Shown here piece after piece: positions 46,911-56,313 of a DNA stretch of 64,000 nt (positions are counted from its first letter, which is position 1; each line of letters begins with the position of its first letter). The notes under the pieces are model-generated. The model did not search any database. It had not been told where the DNA came from and was given only the letters and a program-made list of their open reading frames with translations. The stretch covers positions 2,886,700 through 2,950,699 of the forward strand of contig OY970168.1 in the NCBI GenBank assembly GCA_963706765.1. The letters run 5' to 3'. The stretch comes from an uncultured Solirubrobacterales bacterium (GTDB lineage: Bacteria; Actinomycetota; Thermoleophilia; Solirubrobacterales; Solirubrobacteraceae). The translations under genes were made by a program, and so were the position numbers.

Positions 46911-47630
46911 TCAGTGCCCCGCGGCTTGGCCGCCGTCGATGTGGAGGATCTCGCCGGTGACGAATGTCGCCCGCTCGAGATAGAGGATCCCCTCGGCGAC
47001 GTCGCTGATCTCGCCGAGGCGGCCAAGGGGGTGAAGCTTGGCCATGTCTCCGTAGGAGCTCGGGTCGTGGATCGGGGTTTTGATCACTCCGAGGGAGACC
47101 GCATTGACCCGTATGCCGCGCGATGCGTACTCGATCGCGAGCGAGCGGGTCACCGCGTCCAGCCCGCCCTTGGTCAGCGCCGCCAGCGCGGAGGGTCTGC
47201 TGCTGTCGGCGCTGTCGACGAGGCTCGTGCTGATGTTGACGACGTGACCGCTCCTCTGAGCGACCATCTGGCGGACGACGAGCTGGGTGATGTGGAAGAA
47301 CCCTTCCAGGTTCACGGCTGTGACCGCCGAGTAGTCATCGAGCGTGTACTCCGTGAAGGGCTTGCCGATGAAGATTCCGGCGTTGTTGACCAGGCTGTCG
47401 ATCCGCCCGAAGCGATCGAGCGCCTCCCCAACCACCCGTTCGGCGGTCGCGGCTTCTGTGATGTCACCGTCGATCGTGAGCAGGTCCTGCTGATCGGAGG
47501 GGGGCATCGAGCGCGAAGTGGCCACGACGGCATAGCCGGTGCGGCGGAACGCTTGCGTCAGCCCCGCGCCGATGCCCTGTGAGGCTCCGGTGATGAGGGC
47601 GACCTTCTTTGGGTCGGATGCGCCGCTCAT
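46911..47630 (-). CDS. SDR family oxidoreductase
   Basis: TGASQGIG, VNNAG, ALTK (Tyr of YxxxK appears as Ala), NAVSLG. Confidence 0.9.
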   Translation of the reverse strand: MSGASDPKKVALITGASQGIGAGLTQAFRRTGYAVVATSRSMPPSDQQDLLTIDGDITEAATAERVVGEALDRFGRIDSLVNNAGIFIGKPFTEYTLDDYSAVTAVNLEGFFHITQLVVRQMVAQRSGHVVNISTSLVDSADSSRPSALAALTKGGLDAVTRSLAIEYASRGIRVNAVSLGVIKTPIHDPSSYGDMAKLHPLGRLGEISDVAEGILYLERATFVTGEILHIDGGQAAGH

Positions 47631-47830
47631 CTCAGCGGGTCCCGTTCTGCGCTTCAATCGGCTGGCGCGCGGGCGCGAGCTCGCGGGCGCAGCCGCCAAG
47701 GACGACTACGCCGTGATCGGTACTCCCGCCGATGTCGTTCATCTCGACCTCCGTCATCGGTTGCAGACATTACGAGACCGTCCGCCCCGGAGACACGGTG
47801 GACGGGCTCCCCAGCGGTTAGCATCGGCTC

Positions 47831-48442
47831 GTGCTCGCCGCCGAGATCGCGCCGGGTCTCTGGCGCTGGACCGCCCCCCATCCGGAGTGGGTTGAGACGA
47901 CGGAGGGCGGCAGCGCTGGGGAATGGGACGAGCTGGTCGGCTCGGTGCTCTACGAGCTCGAGGACCGCGTCGCGCTGATCGATCCACTGCTGCCGGTGGC
48001 GCGGCGCGAGCAGTTCCTGAACTGGCTCGACGAGCGCATCGGCGGACGCCCGGTGGGAATCCTCACGACGGTGCGCTGGCATCGGCGCGATCGTGAGCTG
48101 CTCGCCGAGCGCTACCGCACGATCACCCCCGGCGCGTGGAATGCAGTCCCCGCCGGGGTCAAACCGGTGCCGCTGCGGGGAGCCGGGGAGACCGTCTACT
48201 GGCTCGAGCGCGTCGACAGCCTGGTGGTGGGCGACTGTCTGTTGGGCGCTCCCGAGGGCGGCCTGCGGCTGTGTCCCGAGAGCTGGCTGAACGACGTCGC
48301 GGTCGACCGGGCGGGGCTCGCGCATCTCTTGGGGCGACTGCTCGAGCTGCCGATCGAGTGCGTGCTGGTCTCGCACGGGGACCCCGTTCTGCACGACGGA
48401 CGGGCGGCGCTTGCGCGGGCGATCGCGCAGGCGCGCAGATGA
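47831..48442 (+). CDS. Hypothetical protein, degenerate metallo-beta-lactamase-like fold
   Basis: LIDPLLP, TVRWHRRD, VVGDCL and VLVSHG pattern. Confidence 0.6.
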   Translation: MLAAEIAPGLWRWTAPHPEWVETTEGGSAGEWDELVGSVLYELEDRVALIDPLLPVARREQFLNWLDERIGGRPVGILTTVRWHRRDRELLAERYRTITPGAWNAVPAGVKPVPLRGAGETVYWLERVDSLVVGDCLLGAPEGGLRLCPESWLNDVAVDRAGLAHLLGRLLELPIECVLVSHGDPVLHDGRAALARAIAQARR

Positions 48443-48555
48443 GATCAGCCCGTCGTTTGGGGGTCGGAAACACCGGTTGCTTTTCGCCGCCTGGTTCATA
48501 GGATTCCGATTGGCTGGATCGGGAGTCTCCCGGTCCGGGAGTGCATTGGAGGAGG

Positions 48556-49140
48556 ATGGCGGCGAAGAAGCACAAGAGCGCCTCGCTGGTCGAGGGGAGA
48601 TCGCCGGTGAAGGCGGCGACTCTCGCCGTGCTTCTCGAAGGCCCCACCTATGGCTATGAGGTCGCCAAGCGCATCAACCGCCGCATGGGCTCCTCCTGGC
48701 ACGTCCAGCAGAAGCACATCTACACGGTGCTCAAACAGCTCGAAGACGCCGGCCTCGTGCGCTCCGAGCGGCGCTCGATCGACGACCCGCCCTACTGGCG
48801 GCGGTTCTATCACCCGACCGAGGAGGCCATCCGCGCGCGTCGCGAATGGCTCGTGACGCCGCCCGCGGGCAGCGTGTTGCGCGCCGACATCCATGCGAGG
48901 CTCGCGTTCTCCTGCGACGAGGACATCCCCGAGCTGTTGCGGGCGCTTCAGGAATGGCGCGTGGAGCTGCTCGGCGAGATCGAGAACAACGCCGCGACCG
49001 AGACGCCACGAGTGTCCTGGCTCGGGACCATCATGAGCCTCTACAGGTCTGCGGTCGACAAGCGTCTGAAGGCTGAAGTCGAGTGGGTGGGGGAGGCCTG
49101 CCGGACGCTCGAAGAGGTGGCGGCCGAGCAGCGACGATGA
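48556..49140 (+). CDS. PadR family transcriptional regulator
   Basis: GGAGG RBS; LLEGPTYGYEV, HIYTVLKQLEDAGLV, RRFYHPT. Confidence 0.88.
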   Translation: MAAKKHKSASLVEGRSPVKAATLAVLLEGPTYGYEVAKRINRRMGSSWHVQQKHIYTVLKQLEDAGLVRSERRSIDDPPYWRRFYHPTEEAIRARREWLVTPPAGSVLRADIHARLAFSCDEDIPELLRALQEWRVELLGEIENNAATETPRVSWLGTIMSLYRSAVDKRLKAEVEWVGEACRTLEEVAAEQRR

Positions 49141-49892
49141 TGAGCTCGCTGCAGTTTCGCGACGTCACCAAGCGCTTCCTCGACGGCCGCTGGGACGTGC
49201 CCGTGCTCGACTCGGTGTCCTTCGAGCTGGACCGTGGAGAGACGCTCGGCGTGCTCGCCTCGCGAGGCGCGGGCAAGACGACGCTGCTGCGAGTCGCAGC
49301 GGGCCTCGAGGTTCCCGATCAGGGCGAGGTCTGCTGGCAGGGTCGCGATCTGGTCGCGATGAGCGCCGACGAGCGCGCACGTGCGCGACGTCGCGGAGGG
49401 ATCGCGCTGGCGAGCGGCGATTGGCGGGCGGGCGACTCGATCGCGGTTGTCGAGCACGTGGCGATGCCGCTCTACAGCGAAGGCCTGAGCATGAAGCGCG
49501 CGCTCGCCGGCGCCCGGCGGTCGCTGCAGCTGGTCCAGACCCCCGGTCTCGGCTACCTGCCCACGGCACGACTCGGACTGGTCGAGCGAGTACGTGTGGA
49601 GCTCGCGCGCGCGCTCGTGCGCGAGCCCGCGCTGCTGCTGGTCGACGAGCCGGCGGTGCTGCCACAGCCCAAGGACTCCGAGGCCTTCCACGCCCTGCTG
49701 CATTCGCTGCCCGGCGAGCTCGGGATCACGCTGATGATCGCCTCGGAGGAGGTCTCGGCGCTGCGCGGATCGAGTCGCGTGATGAACCTCGATGGCGGGC
49801 GGATGCACACGACCGACTCCTTGCACAAGGTCATCGACTTCGCCCAGCGACGGGCACGCTCCGGCCGGGGCAAGAGCACCGACGCGCTGTGA
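49137..49892 (+). CDS. ABC ATP-binding protein (LolD/MacB-like) with degenerate motifs
   Basis: Walker A variant ASRGAGKT, Walker B LLLVDEP; signature reads LGLVE and H-loop reads ASEE. Confidence 0.85.
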   Translation: MMSSLQFRDVTKRFLDGRWDVPVLDSVSFELDRGETLGVLASRGAGKTTLLRVAAGLEVPDQGEVCWQGRDLVAMSADERARARRRGGIALASGDWRAGDSIAVVEHVAMPLYSEGLSMKRALAGARRSLQLVQTPGLGYLPTARLGLVERVRVELARALVREPALLLVDEPAVLPQPKDSEAFHALLHSLPGELGITLMIASEEVSALRGSSRVMNLDGGRMHTTDSLHKVIDFAQRRARSGRGKSTDAL

Positions 49893-50593
49893 CGCTCGAG
49901 CTGCGCGAGGTCTGCAAGCGCTACGCGAGCGCCGGCGAGACGGTCGCCGCGGTAGATGGCGTCTCGCTGCAGGTTGCCCCTGGCCAGTTCGTCGCGATCT
50001 ACGGACCGAGCGGATCGGGAAAGACGACCCTGCTGCAGCTCGCCGCCGCGATCATGGGTCCGGACGACGGACAGGTGCTGTTCGACGGCCGCTGCGTCAG
50101 CGACCTGGCGGGGCGTGAATCGGCGCGCTACCGGCGCGAGCACGTCGGCGTCGTGTTCCAGTCCTTTCACCTGATCGGCGGCGCATCCGCGCTCGAGAAC
50201 GCAGCGATGAAGCTGCTCGCGCTCGGGATGACGCTGCGCGACGCGACCGCCGCCGCGCGGCCATGGCTCGAGCGGATGGGACTCGGCGAGCGCCTCGGCC
50301 ATGCCGCAACCGAGCTCTCGATGGGGGAGCGCCAGCGGGTTGCGATCGCGCGGGCGTTGGCAAACGAGCCCCGCCTGCTGCTGGCGGACGAGCCGACGGG
50401 CAACCTCGACTCCCAGCGCAGCCGCGAGATCCTGGCCCTGCTCGCGGAGGTCTGCTGCGCTCGCACGATCCCGGTGCTGCTCGTGACCCACGACCCGCAG
50501 GCGTCGGCGTATGTCGATCGGACCTACACGCTGCGCGACGGCCGGCTCAGCGACGGTCTCGACCTGGAGCTCAGGGCGACGCTCGCGCGATGA
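49889..50593 (+). CDS. ABC ATP-binding protein (LolD/MacB-like), intact
   Basis: GPSGSGKTT, LSMGERQR, LLADEPTGNLD, VTHD. Confidence 0.95.
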   Translation: MTLELREVCKRYASAGETVAAVDGVSLQVAPGQFVAIYGPSGSGKTTLLQLAAAIMGPDDGQVLFDGRCVSDLAGRESARYRREHVGVVFQSFHLIGGASALENAAMKLLALGMTLRDATAAARPWLERMGLGERLGHAATELSMGERQRVAIARALANEPRLLLADEPTGNLDSQRSREILALLAEVCCARTIPVLLVTHDPQASAYVDRTYTLRDGRLSDGLDLELRATLAR

Positions 50594-53151
50594 GGGCCCG
50601 GCTGAACCCGCTCGTCTTCGGCGTACGCGCGAGCGTGCTGCTCGGTTTCTACCGCCAGCGCCTGCGCGACCATGCCGTCGCCGAGCTGCTCGCGGGCAGC
50701 GGCATCGCGATCGGCGTCGCGCTCGTGTTCGGCGTTCTCGTCGCCAACGGCAGCATCGTCGGCTCGGTGCGCGAAGACGTCCATGCGGTCGAGGGCGCGG
50801 CGGCGATCGAGTTCAGCTCGCGCTCGCCCGCGGGCTTCAGCGAAGGGTTGGCCGTCCGCTTGGGAAGGCTCGCAGGCGTCGCGGGCGCGGCGCCGCTACT
50901 GCGCGACACCGCGGTCGTCGAGGGTCCCAAGGGCCGCCGGCGGGTTCAGTTCGTGGGCGTCAGCGCCGCGCTCGTGCGGATCGGCGGGTCTGCCACCGGA
51001 AACCTCGGCGCCGGCGCACTGCTGCTCGCGGGAGGCGTCGGCCTGCCTTCGGGTGTCGCCGAAGCTGTCGGTGTGCACGCGCGCGGGCGGGTGACGATCG
51101 CAGTCGAAGGCGTGAGCACTACGACCAGGGTGCGCGTGGCTCTCGGCAGCGGCGCGATCGGGCCGCTCGCGATGGTGCCGATCGCGGTCGCGCGGCTGCG
51201 CTACGCGCAGACGCTCGCCCGCGAGCGCGGACGCGTCAACGACGTGCTCGTTCGTCCTCGCCCGGGTCGCTATCTCCAGGTCGTCGGCGAGCTGCGCGCC
51301 CTAGCGGGCAACACGGTCGATGTCGTCCCGGCTGAAAGCGAACTGCACCTGGCCGAGACCGCTGCACGGCCGGTCGGCCAGTCGACCTCGCTGTTCGTCG
51401 CGATCGCTGCGATGGTCGGGTTCCTGCTCGCCCTCAACGCGATGCTGCTGACGGTGCCCGAGCGCCGGCGGGCGATGGCGGACATGCGCATCCAGGGCTA
51501 CGACTCGAGACAGGTGCTGACGATCCTGATCTCGCAAGCGCTGCTGCTGGGAGTCGGCGCCTCCTGCGCGGGCATCGTCGCCGGGGACCTGCTGGCGCGG
51601 ACGCTGTTTCACGACGTGCCGAGCTATCTGACGACGGTGTTCCCGATCACCGGCCATCAGACGATCAGTTCCGGGACGGTCCTGTTGGCGCTGGGGTGCG
51701 GCGTGGCGGCGTCGCTGCTCGCCTCGCTGGCGCCGGTCTTCGATCTGCGCGCGAGCCGGCCGATCGATGCGGTGATGCACGAATCGGGCGAACCGGGCCA
51801 GAGCATCGGCAGCCGCACCACGCTCGGCGCGGCGCTCGCCGGGATCGTGATGCTGGTCGCGGTGAGCGTGGCCGTCGCGCTCGACCTGGGCCTGACGATC
51901 GTCGGCGGAGTGATGCTCGCGTTCGCAGCTCTGTGCATGATCCCGCTGCTGTTTCGCGCCACCACTCGCCTGCTGAGGCTGTTCGCGTCTCGCTACCACG
52001 GCGGCATGGTGGCGGTCGCGACGATCGAACTCAGCGCCACCGCGACGCGCGCGGTCGCGCTCGCGGGCGTCGCGGCGCTGGCCGTCTACGGGTCTGTAGC
52101 TGTCGGCGGCGCCAGGCACGACCTGCTCACCGGTCTCGACCGCGCGATCGTCCAGGAATGGGGAGCGGCCCCTGTCTGGGTGACTCCGGACAGCAACATC
52201 TTCGACGTCGACAGCTTCCGGCTGCTCGGTGGCCGCGAACCGCTGCGCGCCGCGCGCGCCGATGTCGCTGCCGTCGGGGAGCATCAGGGAGCGTTCCTGG
52301 ACATCGGCGATCACCGCCTGTGGATCCGCGCGGTCCCGCCGAGCAGCGCGATGATCCTCTCGAGCCAGCTCCTCAATGGCGACCTCAGGCACGCCACCGC
52401 GCTGCTGCGAGGCGGAGGCTGGGCGACAGTCTCCAGGGGCTTTGCCACCGAACACGGCCTGCGCCTGGGGAGCCGATTCACGCTGCCAACACCGTCCGGA
52501 ACGGCGAGCTTTCGCGTCGCTGCGCTGACCACCAACATCGGCTGGCCGTCGGGCACCATCACCATCAACAGCGCTGACTACAGCCGCGACTGGCAGATCG
52601 ACACACCCACTGCGCTGTCGCTGACGCTGAAGCCAGGCGTCAGCGCGAACGCCGGCAGGTCCGCGGTCGCGGCCGCGCTGCGCGATCAGCCGAGCCTGCG
52701 TGTGCAGACCGATACGCAGCGCATCGCCGAGGTGCAGAGCACTGTCCACCAGGGCCTGCGCACGCTCAGCGAGATATCGACACTGCTGCTGATCACCGCC
52801 GCGCTCGCGCTCGCGGCGGCACTGTCGACGGCGATTCACCAACGTCGCGTCCGGCTGGCGTCGCTGAAAGCGCAGGGATTCGACCAGCTGCAGCTCTGGC
52901 GAAGCCTGCTGCTCGAGGGTGCAGTCGTGCTCGGCATCGGCTGCATCGACGGCGCGCTGTTCGGGGCCTACGGACATGCTCTCGCAGACCGCTATCTGCG
53001 TCTCGGCGCCGGCTTCCCAGCGCCATTCTCGCTCGGGGGGGCGCAGATCGCGGTCACGCTGCTGCTCGTGCTCGGGATCGCGTTGACCGTCCTCGCACTG
53101 CCGGGCTACTCCGCCGCCGGCGTCTCACCACGAGCGAGCTTCCAAGAGTAA
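50590..53151 (+). CDS. FtsX/MacB-like double-domain ABC permease
   Basis: Two repeats of TM + extracytoplasmic domain + 3 TM, each with the ERRR...LR/KxxG motif. Confidence 0.9.
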   Translation: MRARLNPLVFGVRASVLLGFYRQRLRDHAVAELLAGSGIAIGVALVFGVLVANGSIVGSVREDVHAVEGAAAIEFSSRSPAGFSEGLAVRLGRLAGVAGAAPLLRDTAVVEGPKGRRRVQFVGVSAALVRIGGSATGNLGAGALLLAGGVGLPSGVAEAVGVHARGRVTIAVEGVSTTTRVRVALGSGAIGPLAMVPIAVARLRYAQTLARERGRVNDVLVRPRPGRYLQVVGELRALAGNTVDVVPAESELHLAETAARPVGQSTSLFVAIAAMVGFLLALNAMLLTVPERRRAMADMRIQGYDSRQVLTILISQALLLGVGASCAGIVAGDLLARTLFHDVPSYLTTVFPITGHQTISSGTVLLALGCGVAASLLASLAPVFDLRASRPIDAVMHESGEPGQSIGSRTTLGAALAGIVMLVAVSVAVALDLGLTIVGGVMLAFAALCMIPLLFRATTRLLRLFASRYHGGMVAVATIELSATATRAVALAGVAALAVYGSVAVGGARHDLLTGLDRAIVQEWGAAPVWVTPDSNIFDVDSFRLLGGREPLRAARADVAAVGEHQGAFLDIGDHRLWIRAVPPSSAMILSSQLLNGDLRHATALLRGGGWATVSRGFATEHGLRLGSRFTLPTPSGTASFRVAALTTNIGWPSGTITINSADYSRDWQIDTPTALSLTLKPGVSANAGRSAVAAALRDQPSLRVQTDTQRIAEVQSTVHQGLRTLSEISTLLLITAALALAAALSTAIHQRRVRLASLKAQGFDQLQLWRSLLLEGAVVLGIGCIDGALFGAYGHALADRYLRLGAGFPAPFSLGGAQIAVTLLLVLGIALTVLALPGYSAAGVSPRASFQE

Positions 53152-53164
53152 TGCCGCACGGCGG

Positions 53165-54391
53165 TTGCGGTTCTGCGTGGAATGCAACGCGCTATCCGGT
53201 CTGCACCCTCAGCACAACCAGCAGCTTCGGCTGGCGGGTGCGTTCGCTCTCGCGGCGCGCCGTTACTGGCTGGGCGTCCTGCCCGTCGCGCGCTGTGAGC
53301 TTCGCCGGCTGAGGGCGCGAGCGCTTCGGATCCCCGACCACAGCTTGCGGCGGCTCGCGCTGCAGGTGTATGACGGCGACTGGGCGAGCCTCGAGGGGAC
53401 CGCCGCGTTCGCCGCCTTCACTCCGCGCCACCGTCGCGCGGCGGTCGTGCGGCTGCTGGTACGGCTGCAGAGCATCTACCAGTACACCGACACCGTCATG
53501 GAGCAGCCGAACGAGAGCCCGGCCGCCAACGCCCGCCAGCTGCACGTCGCGCTGGTGCTCGCGCTGCAGCCGGGGCGCGGTCACCCCGACTACTACAGGC
53601 ACTGCGCCCAGCCCGACGACGGGGGCTATCTCGCCGAGCTGGTGGACCTCTGCCGAGCCGAGCTGGCAGGACTGCCCTCATATCCTGCCGTCGCCGATGC
53701 GGCGCTCGCCGGCGCGCGGCGGATCGTCTTCTACCAGAGCGCCATCAACCTCGCACGGACCGCCGATCACGACAACCTCGCACGGACCGCCGATCACGAC
53801 GCCCTTGCGCGGTGGGCCGAGCGCGAGGGCGCGCACGCGAGCGGCCACCGCTGGTGGGAGGTGGCGGCGGCCGCGGGCTCGTCGCTTGCGACGCTCGCCC
53901 TGCTCGGCGCGGCCGGGCGCCCGGGCGTGACTCGCGAGCGCGCACAGGTGATCGAGGGCGTCTACTGGCCGTGGGTCGGCGCGCTGCACACGCTGCTCGA
54001 CAGTCTCGTCGATCACTCCGAGGACGCACTCACCGGGCAGCACAACCTGCTCGACCACTACTCCTCCCCGCAGGAGATGGTGCAGCGGATGGGACGGCTC
54101 GCGGTCGAGTCTCGCGTGCGCGCGGGCGTCGCGGGCACCGAGCACCGGTTGATCCTGGCCGGCGTCACGAGCCTGTATCTGTCAGAGCCCGAGGCCTGGG
54201 TCCCCTACGCTCGCGCAACCACCGAACGCGTGCTCGCCGCGATGGGTGGGCTCGCGATGCCCGCGATGCTGATGCTCCGGGGGCGTCGGCTGGCACACCG
54301 AATGGCCCGTGGCGTCTGTGTTGGCGACGGCGCTGCCGAGCGCTTTGGGGCGGCTGATGCCCGCGAGCGGACCGATGTGGGTATCCGATAG
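53165..54391 (+). CDS. DUF2600 / YtpB-like (tetraprenyl-beta-curcumene synthase family) terpene cyclase; start uncertain
   Basis: SLEG, DYY...DDGGYLAELV, WWEVAAAAGSSL, YWPWVGALHTLLDSLVDHSED and LYLSE match my recollection of B. subtilis YtpB blocks. Confidence 0.8.
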   Translation: MRFCVECNALSGLHPQHNQQLRLAGAFALAARRYWLGVLPVARCELRRLRARALRIPDHSLRRLALQVYDGDWASLEGTAAFAAFTPRHRRAAVVRLLVRLQSIYQYTDTVMEQPNESPAANARQLHVALVLALQPGRGHPDYYRHCAQPDDGGYLAELVDLCRAELAGLPSYPAVADAALAGARRIVFYQSAINLARTADHDNLARTADHDALARWAEREGAHASGHRWWEVAAAAGSSLATLALLGAAGRPGVTRERAQVIEGVYWPWVGALHTLLDSLVDHSEDALTGQHNLLDHYSSPQEMVQRMGRLAVESRVRAGVAGTEHRLILAGVTSLYLSEPEAWVPYARATTERVLAAMGGLAMPAMLMLRGRRLAHRMARGVCVGDGAAERFGAADARERTDVGIR

Positions 54392-54597
54392 GGGACTAGT
54401 CCCTTCGCGGTCTTTTCGCGGTGGCCTGTGAACGTCACCATTCACGCGGGTGACAGAGCTCGCTCACGTCGTCTCTCGCCAGGCTCCGCGGGGGCCAAAG
54501 GGCGATCGGACGTGAGCTTGGCCCTGTCCCCGTCTAGACCAATGCACGGCCGGGTGCTACCCCACAGCACCCGGCCCGTTATACATCAGCATTGGCT

Positions 54598-55473
54598 GTG
54601 AGCAACGAGGGAAAACAGGTGCCGAGAAGCGCGACCCGTCGTGGCGCCGGCAGCGCCCACAAGGCGCCGCCGCCGTTCATGCTGGAAGACCCCCGCTACT
54701 CGCAGTCGGTGGAGCGCGGGCTCGCGATCCTGGCGACGTTCGAGGCGCCGCACCCGGACCTTGGCATCGCGGACATCGCCGACGCGCTCGGGCTCAGCCG
54801 CTCGACGACCCATCGCTATGTCTCGACGCTTCTCGCGCTCGGGTATCTGGAGCAGCAGAGCGACCGCAAGTACAGGCTCTCGGTGCGAGTCAGCGATCTC
54901 GGCATGGCGGCGCTGAACGCCACCGGCCTGCGCGAGCACGCCCATCCGGTGCTCGAGGAGCTGCGCAGACAGCTCTCCTGCCACGCGGCGATGGCTGTGC
55001 TCGACGGCATCGAGATCGTCTACGTCGATCGAGTCCGCAGCTTCAAGCGCGGCTACTTCCAGGTCGAGACCGGCCTGCAGCCCGGATCGCGACTGCCGGC
55101 CTACTGCACCGCGATGGGCAAGCTGCTGCTTGCCCACCTGCCGGAGGCCGAGCGCAACCAGGCGCTCGTCGAGATGCGCCTGAGCAGGCATGGGCCGAAC
55201 ACGATCACGCGCAAGAGCGAGCTCCGCGCGCAGCTGGAGCGAGTGCTCGATGCGGGCATCGCGGTCGACAACGAGGAGATGACCCCGGGCCTCGTGGCGA
55301 TCGCCGCCCCGGTTCGCGACGGCTCCTCCAGTCTGGTTGCTGCGATCGATCTCAGCACCCGCAGCTCGATGATCCGCGCGCAGGACCTCGCGGACGTGCT
55401 CGGACCGCGTCTGCTGATCGCCGCCAAACGCATCTCAGTGGAGCTCGGCTACCGCGGCGATGAGCCCCATTGA
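54598..55473 (+). CDS. IclR family transcriptional regulator (PcaR/PobR-like)
   Basis: SQSVERGLAIL, LSRSTTHR HTH, GSRLPAYCTAMGK, GLVAIAAPV. Confidence 0.95.
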   Translation: MSNEGKQVPRSATRRGAGSAHKAPPPFMLEDPRYSQSVERGLAILATFEAPHPDLGIADIADALGLSRSTTHRYVSTLLALGYLEQQSDRKYRLSVRVSDLGMAALNATGLREHAHPVLEELRRQLSCHAAMAVLDGIEIVYVDRVRSFKRGYFQVETGLQPGSRLPAYCTAMGKLLLAHLPEAERNQALVEMRLSRHGPNTITRKSELRAQLERVLDAGIAVDNEEMTPGLVAIAAPVRDGSSSLVAAIDLSTRSSMIRAQDLADVLGPRLLIAAKRISVELGYRGDEPH

Positions 55474-55488
55474 GCACGCTCTGACCGC

Positions 55489-56313
55489 GTGAGCCTGCTG
55501 CCCGACTACTCGCGCCAGGCCGAGACCTATGACTGCACGCGCTCGGCGAGCCCCTCGGTGCTCGCTCCGGTGCGCGCCGCGCTCGCCGGGGCGCCGGGAC
55601 CGCTGCTCGCAGACGTCGGCGGCGGCACCGGCAACTACGCCGCGGCCCTTCGCAGCGAGGGCTGGCAGCCGCTCGTGATCGACCGCTCGGCGCAGATGCT
55701 CGCTCGAGCTCACGCCAAGGGCCTTCCGACGTTGCTCGCCGATGCCCAGCAGCTGCCGCTCGCGGACAGCAGCTTCGACGCGCTGATGCTGGTGTCGATG
55801 CTCCATCACGTCGAGCGACCCGCCGCGGCCCTGACCGAGGCCGTGCGCGTGCTGCGCCCGAGGGGTGCTCTTGCGCTGATGCTGTTCACGCGCGAGGACG
55901 TCGATGACCTGTGGGTGCTCGAATACTTCCCATCGACTCGCGACTGGCTGCTGAGCACCCACCCGCGGCTGCAGGATCTGCTCGCGCTGCTGCCGGGCGC
56001 ACGCCGCGAAGCGGTCACGTTCGCCGACCTCCAGGACGCCTCACTGGCTGCGCTCTGCTCCCATCCCGAGAAGCTGCTCGAAGGGCGCTGGCGCACGCAG
56101 ACCAGCTACTTCGAGCGCCTCGCCCGCGATCATCCCGCCGAGCTGGAGCAGGGCCTCGAACGTCTCGCGCACGACCTGCAGGAGGGCCTCGCTCCCACGA
56201 GGCCCGGCCGGGCGTCGGTGCTCTCGTGGCGAAAGCCCCAGCTCTCACCGAGCACCTCGAGCTGTTCGCGTGGCTGTCGGTGCCGCTGCGGCGCGGGTAG
56301 CCTGCGCCCATGA
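55489..56313 (+). CDS. Class I SAM-dependent methyltransferase
   Basis: LADVGGGTG, LPLADSSFDA, LHHV, VLRPRG. Confidence 0.9.
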   Translation: MSLLPDYSRQAETYDCTRSASPSVLAPVRAALAGAPGPLLADVGGGTGNYAAALRSEGWQPLVIDRSAQMLARAHAKGLPTLLADAQQLPLADSSFDALMLVSMLHHVERPAAALTEAVRVLRPRGALALMLFTREDVDDLWVLEYFPSTRDWLLSTHPRLQDLLALLPGARREAVTFADLQDASLAALCSHPEKLLEGRWRTQTSYFERLARDHPAELEQGLERLAHDLQEGLAPTRPGRASVLSWRKPQLSPSTSSCSRGCRCRCGAGSLRP

